64,000 nt of DNA from Escherichia coli (GTDB taxonomy: Bacteria; Pseudomonadota; Gammaproteobacteria; Enterobacterales; Enterobacteriaceae), in assembly GCF_030384885.1 (NCBI RefSeq), contig NZ_CP128613.1. One strand, 5' to 3'. Position 1 is the first letter of the stretch. Each line of letters starts with the position of its first letter. The notes under the pieces were generated by a model. The model searched no databases. It was given only the letters and a program-made list of their open reading frames with translations, and was not told the origin of the DNA. Positions 12,100 through 35,708 of the stretch are shown one piece after another. Both the position numbers and the translations under genes were made by a program.

Positions 12100-13065
12100 T
12101 TATCCCACCCGCTGCTTATCATGCCGATAATTCACCCAGGCGTTGATAATAAACGTCATCACCAGAATGCCAAACACCACGCCCAGCGAAACGGCGATCG
12201 GAATATGGTAGAAATCGACAATTAGCATCTTGATACCGATAAACACCAGAATCACCGCCAGACCATATTTGAGCATCGAGAAACGTTCTGCTACGCCCGC
12301 CAACAGGAAATACATCGCACGCAGGCCGAGGATCGCAAACAGGTTTGAGGTCAGCACAATAAACGGATCGGTGGTCACGGCGAAAATAGCCGGAATGCTA
12401 TCCACGGCGAAAATCACGTCGCTCAACTCCACCAGAATCAGTACCAGCATCAGCGGCGTGGCATACAACAAACCATTCTTACGCACAAAGAAATGCTCGT
12501 TGTCGATGGTGTCGGTCATGCGCAAATGACCGCGCAGCCAGCGCACCAGCGGCTTGTCACCAATACCTGATTCATCTTCATGAGCCAGCGCCATCTTCAC
12601 GCCAGTAAACAGCAGGAAGGCACCGAAGATATACAGGATCCAGTCGAACTGCGAAATCAGCCAGCTGCCAGTGAAGATCATGATGGTACGCAGAACAATC
12701 GCCCCGAGTACGCCATACACGAGCACGCGGCGTTGTAATGCCGCCGGAACAGAGAAATAGCTGAACAACATCAGCCAGACGAAGACGTTATCGACCGCCA
12801 GTGATTTCTCAATCAGATAACCCGTGAGGAAGGCCAATGCCTGAGGGTCCGCGACTTCGCGCCCCTGTGTCTGCGCCAGATACCACCAGAAAGCGGCATT
12901 AAACAATAACGACAGTGTCACCCAGACCAGCGACCAGGCCGCAGCCTGTTTCATGGTCATGGCATGTGCCCCGCGACGCCCCTGCAACAACAGGTCGATA
13001 GCCAGCATAATGACGACAACAACAGCGAATCCGCCCCATAGCAACGGCGTGCCGACAGTATTCAT
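12100..13065 (-). CDS. alx: TerC-family membrane protein Alx (321 aa)
   Basis: ORF track 321 aa [37 protein letters not shown]... Confidence 0.9.
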   Translation of the reverse strand: MNTVGTPLLWGGFAVVVVIMLAIDLLLQGRRGAHAMTMKQAAAWSLVWVTLSLLFNAAFWWYLAQTQGREVADPQALAFLTGYLIEKSLAVDNVFVWLMLFSYFSVPAALQRRVLVYGVLGAIVLRTIMIFTGSWLISQFDWILYIFGAFLLFTGVKMALAHEDESGIGDKPLVRWLRGHLRMTDTIDNEHFFVRKNGLLYATPLMLVLILVELSDVIFAVDSIPAIFAVTTDPFIVLTSNLFAILGLRAMYFLLAGVAERFSMLKYGLAVILVFIGIKMLIVDFYHIPIAVSLGVVFGILVMTFIINAWVNYRHDKQRVG

Positions 13066-13300
13066 AGAAGTTCCTTACACATAAAAAAACGGCCAACGTC
13101 GGAAGACGTCAGCCGCTGCTTTTTATGCATAGACCTCGCCTTCCGGCAAGGTCTCACTTACAACAAAAAAGGAATACGTCTGCGTATTCCTTTCGGGTTG
13201 CCCGGTGACCGGATGTGGTTTTTCACACATCGTAATGACGATCGACCGGCAATGAAGTTACTCCCCTTTGCAGGTAACAAAGTATGACAGACCATTCGGT
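13066..13300 (-). promoter_or_regulatory. alx 5' leader carrying a yybP-ykoY-type (Mn2+/pH-responsive) riboswitch element
   Basis: Minus-strand leader contains the conserved AAAGGGGAGUA motif (complement of 13255..13270) plus several hairpins; sits between ygjR stop and alx start, as in the described alx PRE/SraF leader. Confidence 0.6.
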
Positions 13301-13347
13301 CAGTCAATGGTCTGTTACATACCTTTTACACTGTTTTACTTTGGCTA

Positions 13348-14334
13348 TTATAGTTTTACGCTATCTGCCGGAAAAATCACCCCGGTCTGGCGGCGGATCT
13401 CGGTCAGCAGCCTGGCGGTGATACGACTGACCGCCAGCCCTGGATGATCTACCAGATGTTCATCCACCAGGGTAGCGAACAGCTCTGCTTCGTACAGCAT
13501 GGTATTAATATGCTGCGGCTGGGTAAGATCCTGCATCTGGCTGCCGCGCGGCACATAGCAAACTTTCTGGCATTCAGACAGTTTTTCAATCACCAGCGAT
13601 CCCGCTTCGCCCTGAATCTCACTTGCCAGCACAGAATCACTGACCTTTGAGTGCTGCAAGGTAACGCTGAAATCACCGTAATCCATCACCACCACGCCGT
13701 GGGCATCCACACCACTTGCCAGCAAACTGGCGGTTGCCTGCACGCTTTTCGGTTCACCAAATAACGCCACCGCCGACGCCAGGCAGTAAAAGCCGATATC
13801 CATAATTGAACCGTTAGAGAATGCTGGATTAAAGGTGTTGGGATTCTCGCCGTCCAGATAACGCTGATATCGCGAGGAATACTGGCAATAGTTGAAAAAG
13901 ACTTTACGCAATTTGCCAACTTTCGGCAGTACCTGGCGTAACAAATGGAAATTCGGTAGGCTGGCGGTTTTAAATGCCTCAAACAGCACCACCTGATTTT
14001 CCCGCGCACAGGCAATGGCGGCATCCACTTCCGCCAGATTCGACGCCAGCGGTTTCTCGCAAATCACATGAATTTTATGGCTAAGGAAAAGTCGTGTCTG
14101 GGGAAAATGCAGGGCATTCGGGCTGGCAATATACACCGCGTCAATAGCATCACTTTCTGCCATCGCTTCCAGCGATGTAAACAGATGCTCGACAGAAAAA
14201 TCATTGGCGAAGTGCTGGGCCTGTTCAAGGCTGCGGGAATAGACAGCGGTTAACTTGTATTTACCGCTCTCATGGGCGGCCTCGACGAACTGGCGGGTGA
14301 TCCAGTTCGTGCCAATCACAGCGAAACGTATCAT
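13348..14334 (-). CDS. ygjR: Gfo/Idh/MocA-family NAD(P)-dependent oxidoreductase YgjR (328 aa)
   Basis: ORF 13348..14352; start at MIRFAVIGTNWITRQFVEAA (Rossmann N-terminus), ATG 14332..14334. Confidence 0.85.
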   Translation of the reverse strand: MIRFAVIGTNWITRQFVEAAHESGKYKLTAVYSRSLEQAQHFANDFSVEHLFTSLEAMAESDAIDAVYIASPNALHFPQTRLFLSHKIHVICEKPLASNLAEVDAAIACARENQVVLFEAFKTASLPNFHLLRQVLPKVGKLRKVFFNYCQYSSRYQRYLDGENPNTFNPAFSNGSIMDIGFYCLASAVALFGEPKSVQATASLLASGVDAHGVVVMDYGDFSVTLQHSKVSDSVLASEIQGEAGSLVIEKLSECQKVCYVPRGSQMQDLTQPQHINTMLYEAELFATLVDEHLVDHPGLAVSRITARLLTEIRRQTGVIFPADSVKL

Positions 14335-14412
14335 AACGCGTGGATACTCCATAAAGGGATTCTGCCGTCAATGTAGCACGCCTTTTTCATCTTCGACGTG
14401 CGCAGATACGCA

Positions 14413-15105
14413 TTATTCTTTCGCCGGACAGCCATGCTCGCTAAACGGCCCAATCATGACCGACGGCCCGAGATATTTCGGCTGTCGATGGAGGATTTTC
14501 GCGTCAATCACTGCGCTGACGCGAGCGAGTTTCTCCCGCAGCTGAGTATAAAAACCATGTTTCATATTCAGGTCTGGTGCGTTAAACCCGATGGCATCGA
14601 TGCCGTACTGTTTTGCCAGCCAGATGGCGCGTTGGTTATGAAATTCTTGCGAAATAATAGTGATATGGCTTTCACCAAACACCTTTTTGGCACGCACCAC
14701 CGAATCAAGCGTTGAGAATCCGGCATAGTCGCAGAAGATGACTTTTGCGGGTACGCCTTTAGCGATCAAAGCCTGCTGCATGCCTGAGGCTTCATCGTAA
14801 TTTTTACGTCCGTTATCGCCGCTCACTAGTAGCCATTTCACTTTTCCGGCGTGGTACAACTCTGCTGCGGTATCAATACGTCGGGTAAAGTAGCGATTAC
14901 CCGGCCTCGCCCCCAGCAATAAACCCACGTTACGCGCCGGAACGGCGTTGACATCGCTCCTGGTCAGCTGCTTGCTGGCGTTGACCATAACGCGATCGGC
15001 AATAAAAATGGTCGCTCCTGCTATAAGCAACAATAAACAGCCAAGCTTTAGAGTCCGGCGAGAAAAACAAATACGGAGAAGAAGGCGGGCAAAGGCGCGC
15101 AGCAT
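14413..15105 (-). CDS. ygjQ: DUF218-family protein YgjQ (230 aa)
   Basis: ORF track 230 aa [32 protein letters not shown]... with N-terminal membrane anchor. Confidence 0.85.
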   Translation of the reverse strand: MLRAFARLLLRICFSRRTLKLGCLLLLIAGATIFIADRVMVNASKQLTRSDVNAVPARNVGLLLGARPGNRYFTRRIDTAAELYHAGKVKWLLVSGDNGRKNYDEASGMQQALIAKGVPAKVIFCDYAGFSTLDSVVRAKKVFGESHITIISQEFHNQRAIWLAKQYGIDAIGFNAPDLNMKHGFYTQLREKLARVSAVIDAKILHRQPKYLGPSVMIGPFSEHGCPAKE

Positions 15106-15181
15106 GGTCGTTATCCTTAACGAAAGGGGGGAGGTCGATTTTAGGCGCTAAAGGAAGAAAAGATAACGCCTGATATCATTT

Positions 15182-15684
15182 TCAGATTTTGTCCTGCCCA
15201 AGCGACAACTGCGTTAGCCACAGACGAGTGTCGAATTCAAGCTGGTGGTACTGCGGCTCCATATGACAGCACAATTGATAGAACGCTTTGTTGTGCTCTT
15301 TCTCCTTCAGGTGCGCCAACTCGTGCACCACGATCATGCGCAAAAACGGTTCCGGCGCGTTGCGAAACACGGTAGCGACGCGGATCTCTGCTTTTGCTTT
15401 CAGCTTGCCGCCCTGCACACGCGAAACAGCGGTATGTAACCCGAGCGCGTTTTCAGCACATGGATCTTGTTGTCATACATCACTTTATTGATCGGCGGGG
15501 CATTGCGCAGAAACTGATTCTTCAGATCCTGAGTATATTGCCAGAGGGCTTTATCGGTGGCGTAGTCGTGCGTTCCTGGATAGCGTTTTGCCAGCACATC
15601 GCCCAGACGCTGTTCATTAATCAGCGTGCGCACCTGGGAAAGCAACTGTTCGGGATAACCCTGAAGATAAGTAAGATTGCTCAT
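15182..15684 (-). pseudogene. ygjP: ygjP (HEXXH metal-dependent hydrolase), split by a frameshift near 15433..15435
   Basis: N-terminal part ([28 protein letters not shown]...KTRSGY) is in ORF 15400..15720 and the C-terminal part ((V)QGGKLKAK...MIVVHELAHLKEKEHNK...) in ORF 15182..15418, in different frames overlapping by 19 nt; frames rejoin if 2 nt are removed from ggtATgtaacc. Confidence 0.7.
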
Positions 15685-15768
15685 AACCGCCCACGAAAAA
15701 GAGAAAAAGGGTATACTCACGCACCCTTTTCAGGGGCAACGTCGAAATTTTATCATTCAGGAGGGCCG

Positions 15769-16905
15769 ATGAGCCACTTAGACAACGGTTTCCGTTCACT
15801 GACACTACAACGTTTTCCGGCGACGGATGACGTTAACCCGCTACAGGCGTGGGAAGCGGCAGATGAATATTTGCTGCAACAGTTGGACGACACAGAAATC
15901 CGCGGCCCGGTGTTAATCCTGAATGATGCCTTTGGGGCGTTAAGTTGTGCGCTGGCGGAACATAAGCCGTACAGCATTGGCGACTCATACATCAGCGAAC
16001 TGGCGACGCGCGAGAATTTACGCCTCAACGGGATTGATGAATCGAGCGTGAAGTTTCTCGACAGCACCGCTGACTACCCGCAACAGCCGGGCGTGGTGCT
16101 GATCAAAGTGCCGAAAACACTGGCATTGCTGGAACAGCAACTGCGCGCATTGCGCAAAGTAGTCACGCCGGATACACGTATTATTGCTGGTGCTAAAGCC
16201 CGTGACATTCACACCTCCACGCTGGAACTGTTCGAAAAAGTGCTCGGCCCGACCACCACCACACTGGCATGGAAGAAAGCGCGCCTGATTAACTGCACTT
16301 TCAACGAGCCGCCGCTGGTTGATGCACCGCAGACCGTTAGCTGGAAGCTGGAGGGTACTGACTGGACTATCCACAACCATGCGAATGTCTTCTCACGCAC
16401 CGGGCTTGATATTGGCGCGCGCTTCTTTATGCAGCATCTGCCAGAGAATCTCGAGGGTGAGGTTGTCGATCTCGGTTGTGGTAACGGCGTTATTGGCCTG
16501 ACGCTGCTTGATAAAAACCCGCAGGCGAAAGTGGTGTTTGTCGATGAATCACCAATGGCGGTTGCTTCCAGCCGTTTGAATGTTGAAACCAACATGCCAG
16601 AGGCGTTGGATCGCTGCGAGTTTATGATCAACAACGCGCTCTCCGGCGTGGAGCCGTTCCGCTTTAATGCTGTGCTCTGCAACCCGCCGTTTCACCAGCA
16701 ACATGCACTGACCGATAACGTTGCCTGGGAAATGTTCCACCACGCGCGCCGCTGCCTGAAAATCAACGGCGAGCTGTATATCGTTGCCAACCGTCATCTG
16801 GATTACTTCCATAAACTGAAGAAAATTTTTGGCAACTGCACCACCATTGCTACGAATAATAAATTTGTGGTGCTGAAAGCGGTGAAACTGGGGCGTCGTC
16901 GGTAA
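15769..16905 (+). CDS. rlmG: 23S rRNA m2G1835 methyltransferase RlmG (378 aa)
   Basis: ORF 15394..16905; start at [21 protein letters not shown] with GGAGGG Shine-Dalgarno; SAM-methyltransferase motifs ([12 protein letters not shown]). Confidence 0.9.
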   Translation: MSHLDNGFRSLTLQRFPATDDVNPLQAWEAADEYLLQQLDDTEIRGPVLILNDAFGALSCALAEHKPYSIGDSYISELATRENLRLNGIDESSVKFLDSTADYPQQPGVVLIKVPKTLALLEQQLRALRKVVTPDTRIIAGAKARDIHTSTLELFEKVLGPTTTTLAWKKARLINCTFNEPPLVDAPQTVSWKLEGTDWTIHNHANVFSRTGLDIGARFFMQHLPENLEGEVVDLGCGNGVIGLTLLDKNPQAKVVFVDESPMAVASSRLNVETNMPEALDRCEFMINNALSGVEPFRFNAVLCNPPFHQQHALTDNVAWEMFHHARRCLKINGELYIVANRHLDYFHKLKKIFGNCTTIATNNKFVVLKAVKLGRRR

Positions 16906-17100
16906 GTCTTGTTTGTAATGCCGGATTGCGGTTGAAATGCCCGATCCGGTAAATAAGTTCATCGCTATATCATTATTTCTAATCTATTTTTCAGAATAAA
17001 ATTGTTCTAAATACGAAAGGTCCGTTTAAGGACTTTTTTGTCAATTTGCTACTCTATATTATTAACAATCTTTTTCAGCATTACATCGAACGGAATAATT

Positions 17101-17898
17101 ATGGATAAATATACTTTGCTAGGACTTGCTGTTACTGTTCCTGTTGCTCTTACATGGGCTTGGTTAGATGTAAAAAGAAAACGTAAAAAAAGAGATAATG
17201 CTCCGTTGTTAAATGATACGATGCGATTTGTTAATGGAACGCACCTTGTAATCACTGTATTAAACGGCGGTGATTATCGGTTATTAGCGGGCCATGAGTA
17301 TAATAAAGATAACCGCCTTACTGCAAAAGGTCGTTGTAAACGCTTCTGGGGAGTAGAAGACATATCAGCGGGTATGGAGATGCTCCAGTCGCTTGTTGAT
17401 GGTCGACATAACGAACAATTTCTTCAAGAGCTTAAACACATAACTGAAAATGTCATAAATTTAGAGACAGAGCAAAACTGGCAAACATTATTCACAAATA
17501 TCACTGATAAAAAAATGCTTACTAAAATGAGAGTAATGCATGATGCGCATCTTGATTTTGGCAATAATGCGATTCTTGCATGGGATTTAAGTCGGGCAAA
17601 TCATTTATTAGCAGATTATTATTTGGCTGGGTGGATAGATGAACAACGTTATATAAAAGAAGTCTTTGATGTAACATCGAAAATTCAGAAAAATTTTTCT
17701 TCATGGGACGAGTTTAATAAAAGCTATTTATATGGTTATCTTTGGTGGAGTGGGGAAGATCAACAACATGATCTTAAAAAATTAGGCTGCTATCATAATA
17801 GGGTAATGATTATAAATAAACAGAAGGATGTGGCTAATAGTCCCTTTAAATTAGACTGGGATACACCATTAAAAATAGAAACGTCACCCTACGCTTGA
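17101..17898 (+). CDS. Hypothetical membrane-anchored protein (265 aa from ATG; 286 aa if TTG at 17038 is used), unknown function
   Basis: Long uninterrupted ORF in a visibly AT-rich segment; N-terminal hydrophobic helix LLGLAVTVPVALTWAWL followed by KRKRKKR; stop 21 nt before higA start; no match to any K-12 protein I recognise. Confidence 0.6.
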   Translation: MDKYTLLGLAVTVPVALTWAWLDVKRKRKKRDNAPLLNDTMRFVNGTHLVITVLNGGDYRLLAGHEYNKDNRLTAKGRCKRFWGVEDISAGMEMLQSLVDGRHNEQFLQELKHITENVINLETEQNWQTLFTNITDKKMLTKMRVMHDAHLDFGNNAILAWDLSRANHLLADYYLAGWIDEQRYIKEVFDVTSKIQKNFSSWDEFNKSYLYGYLWWSGEDQQHDLKKLGCYHNRVMIINKQKDVANSPFKLDWDTPLKIETSPYA

Positions 17899-17919
17899 GC
17901 CAATTACATAAGGGCGAAA

Positions 17920-18336
17920 ATGATTGTGATTTCCAACATTTTGCAAGAAGGAGAAAAAATAACCGTGGTGGCACCTTTTCTGGCGGGTATTCAGAACGAG
18001 GAACAATACACCCAGGCGCTGGAACTGGTAGATCATCTGCTGCTCAACGATCCTGAAAAACCCTTGCTGGATCTGGTGTGTGCCAAAATAACCGCGTGGG
18101 AAGAATCAGCGCCCGAATTTGCTGAATTTAATGCCATGGCTCAAGCCATGCCTGGCGGTATAGCTGTGATTCGTACCCTTATGGATCAATATGGTTTAAC
18201 CCTTTCCGATCTGCCGGAAATTGGCAGTAAATCGATGGTGTCACGCGTTTTGAGCGGGAAGAGGAAATTAACGCTGGAACACGCTAAAAAACTGGCAACG
18301 AGATTCGGCATTTCTCCCGCCTTGTTTATTGATTAA
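17920..18336 (+). CDS. higA: HigA-type HTH (XRE-family) antitoxin (138 aa)
   Basis: ORF track 138 aa; ...APFLAGIQNEEQYTQALELVDHLLLNDPE...SKSMVSRVLSGKRKLTLEHAKKLATRFGISPALFID matches remembered HigA (YgjM); AAGGG Shine-Dalgarno upstream. Confidence 0.85.
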   Translation: MIVISNILQEGEKITVVAPFLAGIQNEEQYTQALELVDHLLLNDPEKPLLDLVCAKITAWEESAPEFAEFNAMAQAMPGGIAVIRTLMDQYGLTLSDLPEIGSKSMVSRVLSGKRKLTLEHAKKLATRFGISPALFID

Positions 18337-18344
18337 CGCGACGT

Positions 18345-18365
18345 GCCGGATGCGGCGCATCCGGC
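18345..18365. repeat. REP-like perfect palindrome between convergent higA and fadH (possible bidirectional terminator)
   Basis: gccggatgcg-g-cgcatccggc: 10-bp inverted arms around one central base. Confidence 0.5.
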
Positions 18366-18380
18366 GCTTCAAACAACGAT

Positions 18381-20402
<2,022 letters not shown>

Positions 20403-20519
20403 TTATCCAGTATGTAAAATAATTGTTATGTGGTCGGATGAGTTCTAATTTAGCCGTCGCCGGGGAAAAGGGAAAAGGGGAATGCGGGGTTTGTGATGGG
20501 AATCAAAAAGAATAGGCTG

Positions 20520-21012
<493 letters not shown>

Positions 21013-21020
21013 GTTGCAAA

Positions 21021-26072
<5,052 letters not shown>

Positions 26073-26084
26073 ATGCCGCCGTAA

Positions 26085-30966
<4,882 letters not shown>

Positions 30967-30999
30967 TTTTTTGCTATAGTTTAGTAAAATTTTACTTGA

Positions 31000-31344
<345 letters not shown>

Positions 31345-31385
31345 AACAATCGGATGGCGACATCGTATCGCCATCCGATTTGATA

Positions 31386-32876
<1,491 letters not shown>

Positions 32877-33182
32877 TTACGCAATATTTAATGCTATTTG
32901 TTAACATTTGCTGTTATTTTGCACGGTCTATATTGGGTATGGATGTGGCGATCGCTGCGCAAATGCACGCTTTCAGGACAATAAATGCCTGATTTTTGGG
33001 CAAGATAATTAACGTTTTCGTATAGTAACAGAGTGAAAGTATTTTAAATCAAGGAATTAGATTTGTGCTTTAATCGCAAATTGCGATCTAAATCAAATTA
33101 ATCGGTTAAAGATAACCGCAGCGGGGCCGACATAAACTCTGACAAGAAGTTAACAACCATATAACCTGCACAGGACGCGAAC

Positions 33183-34703
33183 ATGTCTTCTCATCCGTAT
33201 GTCACCCAGCAAAATACCCCGCTGGCGGACGATACCACTCTGATGTCCACTACCGATCTGCAAAGCTATATCACTCATGCTAATGACACTTTTGTGCAGG
33301 TGAGCGGCTATACCTTGCAGGAGTTACAGGGGCAGCCGCACAATATGGTGCGTCATCCCGATATGCCAAAAGCGGCGTTTGCGGATATGTGGTTCACCCT
33401 GAAAAAAGGGGAGCCCTGGAGCGGCATCGTGAAAAATCGCCGCAAAAATGGCGACCATTATTGGGTGCGGGCCAATGCGGTACCGATGGTGCGCGAGGGA
33501 AAAATCAGTGGCTATATGTCGATTCGTACCCGGGCGACGGATGAAGAGATTGCGGCGGTGGAGCCACTGTACAAAGCGTTGAACGCCGGACGTACCAGTA
33601 AGCGTATTCATAAAGGCCTGGTGGTGCGTAAAGGCTGGCTGGGAAAACTGCCTTCATTGCCGCTTCGCTGGCGGGCGCGTGGAGTGATGACGCTGATGTT
33701 TATCTTGTTGGCGGCTATGCTTTGGTTTGTTGCTGCCCCGGTGGTGTCGTATTTCCTCTGTGCATTAGTGGTATTGTTAGTAAGCGCCTGTTTTGAATGG
33801 CAGATTGTGCGCCCGATAGAAAATGTCGCCCGTCAGGCACTGAAGGTGGCGACCGGAGAACGTAATAGTGTTGAGCATCTGAATCGCAGCGATGAGCTGG
33901 GGCTGACATTACGCGCGGTAGGGCAGCTTGGCCTGATGTGCCGTTGGCTAATTAACGATGTCTCGAGCCAGGTGTCCAGTGTCAGAAACGGCAGCGAGAC
34001 GCTGGCGAAAGGCACTGATGAACTGAACGAACATACCCAACAGACGGTTGATAATGTTCAGCAAACGGTGGCGACCATGAACCAGATGGCGGCGTCGGTG
34101 AAACAGAACTCTGCCACGGCGTCGGCTGCCGATAAACTTTCGATCACCGCCAGTAATGCGGCCGTGCAGGGCGGGGAGGCGATGTCCACGGTGATCAAAA
34201 CGATGGACGATATTGCTGACAGTACCCAGCGCATTGGCACCATTACTTCGCTGATTAACGATATTGCGTTTCAGACCAATATTCTCGCCCTGAATGCGGC
34301 GGTGGAAGCGGCGCGTGCCGGAGAACAAGGCAAAGGTTTTGCAGTGGTGGCAGGGGAAGTGCGTCATTTAGCCAGCCGCAGTGCTAATGCCGCCAACGAT
34401 ATTCGCAAGCTGATTGATGCCAGTGCTGATAAGGTGCAATCCGGTTCGCAGCAGGTACACGCCGCCGGACGGACGATGGAAGATATTGTGGCGCAGGTAA
34501 AAAACGTCACCCAGTTGATAGCTCAGATTAGCCATTCAACGCTGGAACAGGCCGATGGGCTTTCCAGCCTGACCCGTGCGGTGGATGAGCTTAACCTGAT
34601 CACCCAGAAAAACGCCGAGTTAGTGGAAGAGAGTGCGCAGGTGTCGGCGATGGTGAAACACCGCGCCAGCCGACTGGAAGACGCGGTGACGGTGCTGCAT
34701 TAA
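33183..34703 (+). CDS. aer: Aerotaxis receptor Aer (506 aa)
   Basis: ORF track 506 aa MSSHPYVTQQNTPLADDTTLMSTTDLQSYITHANDTF...; PAS domain plus MCP signalling domain. Confidence 0.95.
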   Translation: MSSHPYVTQQNTPLADDTTLMSTTDLQSYITHANDTFVQVSGYTLQELQGQPHNMVRHPDMPKAAFADMWFTLKKGEPWSGIVKNRRKNGDHYWVRANAVPMVREGKISGYMSIRTRATDEEIAAVEPLYKALNAGRTSKRIHKGLVVRKGWLGKLPSLPLRWRARGVMTLMFILLAAMLWFVAAPVVSYFLCALVVLLVSACFEWQIVRPIENVARQALKVATGERNSVEHLNRSDELGLTLRAVGQLGLMCRWLINDVSSQVSSVRNGSETLAKGTDELNEHTQQTVDNVQQTVATMNQMAASVKQNSATASAADKLSITASNAAVQGGEAMSTVIKTMDDIADSTQRIGTITSLINDIAFQTNILALNAAVEAARAGEQGKGFAVVAGEVRHLASRSANAANDIRKLIDASADKVQSGSQQVHAAGRTMEDIVAQVKNVTQLIAQISHSTLEQADGLSSLTRAVDELNLITQKNAELVEESAQVSAMVKHRASRLEDAVTVLH

Positions 34704-34710
34704 TCGATAT

Positions 34711-34819
34711 GCCGCATCCGGCGGTTGGCGAACAATGCCTGATGCGATGCTGGCGCATCTTATCAGGCCTACGGGGGCGTAGGCGGATACGGCGTTCATG
34801 CTGCATCCGGTGGTTGGCG
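34711..34819. repeat. REP elements between convergent aer and yqjI
   Basis: gccgcatccggcggttggcg...gcctgatgcgatgctggcgcatcttatcaggcctac...ctgcatccggtggttggcg REP-type palindromes. Confidence 0.7.
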
Positions 34820-34820
34820 A

Positions 34821-35444
34821 TTAATCCAGTTGGGTAATATCAAAAGCGGCGCGGTCGATCACCGCAATGATCTTTTTTATTTGTGCATCAGTGATATCGC
34901 TCTGGTTGACGCGTAAATCCAGCACCGCTTTAAAATTATCCAGCGCCCGCTTCATTTGCGGGTTCTGGCGCAGCGCAGCGCCAACGCAACGCGCTTTGAT
35001 GCGCTCTTCAATCATCTCCACCTGTTCGCGGTTTTCTTCCAGCCACTGCGCGCCTTGTTCGGTCAGCGCAATCTGCTTCTTACCACCTTCCTCTTCGCGG
35101 ATGGTAATCAGCGACTGCTCCTGCAGAAAATCCAGCGTCGGGTAGATGACGCCCGGGCTTGGGGTGTAATTTCCCTGGGTCAGATTTTCAATCGCTTTAA
35201 TCAATTCGTAACCGTGGCTGTCATCGCGCGAGAGAATATCCAGAATCACCAGACGCAATTCGCCGTGACCAAAGAAACGTTGCCGACGACCGCCGCCGCG
35301 ACCGTGGCGACCACCACAGCATTGACCGTGTTCATGCTGGTGACCGTGTCCACAGTGTTCATGTTCTGATTTCTCACCTTTGCAGCAGCCTTCATGGCGT
35401 GGCTGGCCTTCATGTTTACAACACCCTTCGTGATGATGGCTCAT
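34821..35444 (-). CDS. yqjI: PadR-family transcriptional regulator YqjI (207 aa)
   Basis: ORF track 207 aa MSHHHEGCCKHEGQPRHEGCCKGEKSEHEHCGHGHQHEH... (His/Cys-rich N-terminus, PadR HTH). Confidence 0.9.
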   Translation of the reverse strand: MSHHHEGCCKHEGQPRHEGCCKGEKSEHEHCGHGHQHEHGQCCGGRHGRGGGRRQRFFGHGELRLVILDILSRDDSHGYELIKAIENLTQGNYTPSPGVIYPTLDFLQEQSLITIREEEGGKKQIALTEQGAQWLEENREQVEMIEERIKARCVGAALRQNPQMKRALDNFKAVLDLRVNQSDITDAQIKKIIAVIDRAAFDITQLD

Positions 35445-35464
35445 ATCAGCCTCCTTTTGCTTAA

Positions 35465-35478
35465 TTAGATATATCTAA
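35465..35478. promoter_or_regulatory. Candidate YqjI operator (perfect palindrome TTAGATATATCTAA) at the yqjI promoter
   Basis: 14-bp perfect palindrome 20 bp upstream of the yqjI start; the same AGATATATCT core recurs before yqjH. Confidence 0.5.
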
Positions 35479-35544
35479 TTTATATCTGATGTAAGCATTA
35501 GTGCAAGTGTAAAAATGATTTTTAAACGTGGACTCATCTCACAC

Positions 35545-35620
35545 GTAGGCCGGATAAGGCGTTCACGCCGCATCCGGCGTTGAGTAATGATGCCTGAGAA
35601 GAGGCGGTTCGTCTTATCAG
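35545..35620. repeat. REP element inside the yqjI-yqjH divergent intergenic region
   Basis: gtaggccggataaggcgttcacgccgcatccggcg followed by gatgcctgaga...cgtcttatcag. Confidence 0.6.
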
Positions 35621-35694
35621 ACTATAGACATATCAGTTCTACAAATCGCTTGCATTTATCACGATTAACAATCATTATCATTTAATAATTTTAT

Positions 35695-35708
35695 TTAGAT
35701 ATATCTGA
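35695..35708. promoter_or_regulatory. Candidate YqjI operator (AGATATATCT core) at the yqjH promoter
   Basis: ttAGATATATCTga 24 bp upstream of the yqjH start; second copy of the palindrome seen at 35465. Confidence 0.5.

Noticed and set aside
16906-17037. A rho-independent terminator for rlmG or a sigma-70 promoter for the novel ORF
   Set aside because: The only hairpin (gtcc/ggac, 4 bp) before the T-run is too weak, and candidate -35/-10 hexamers have poor spacing; no regulatory feature could be supported from sequence alone.
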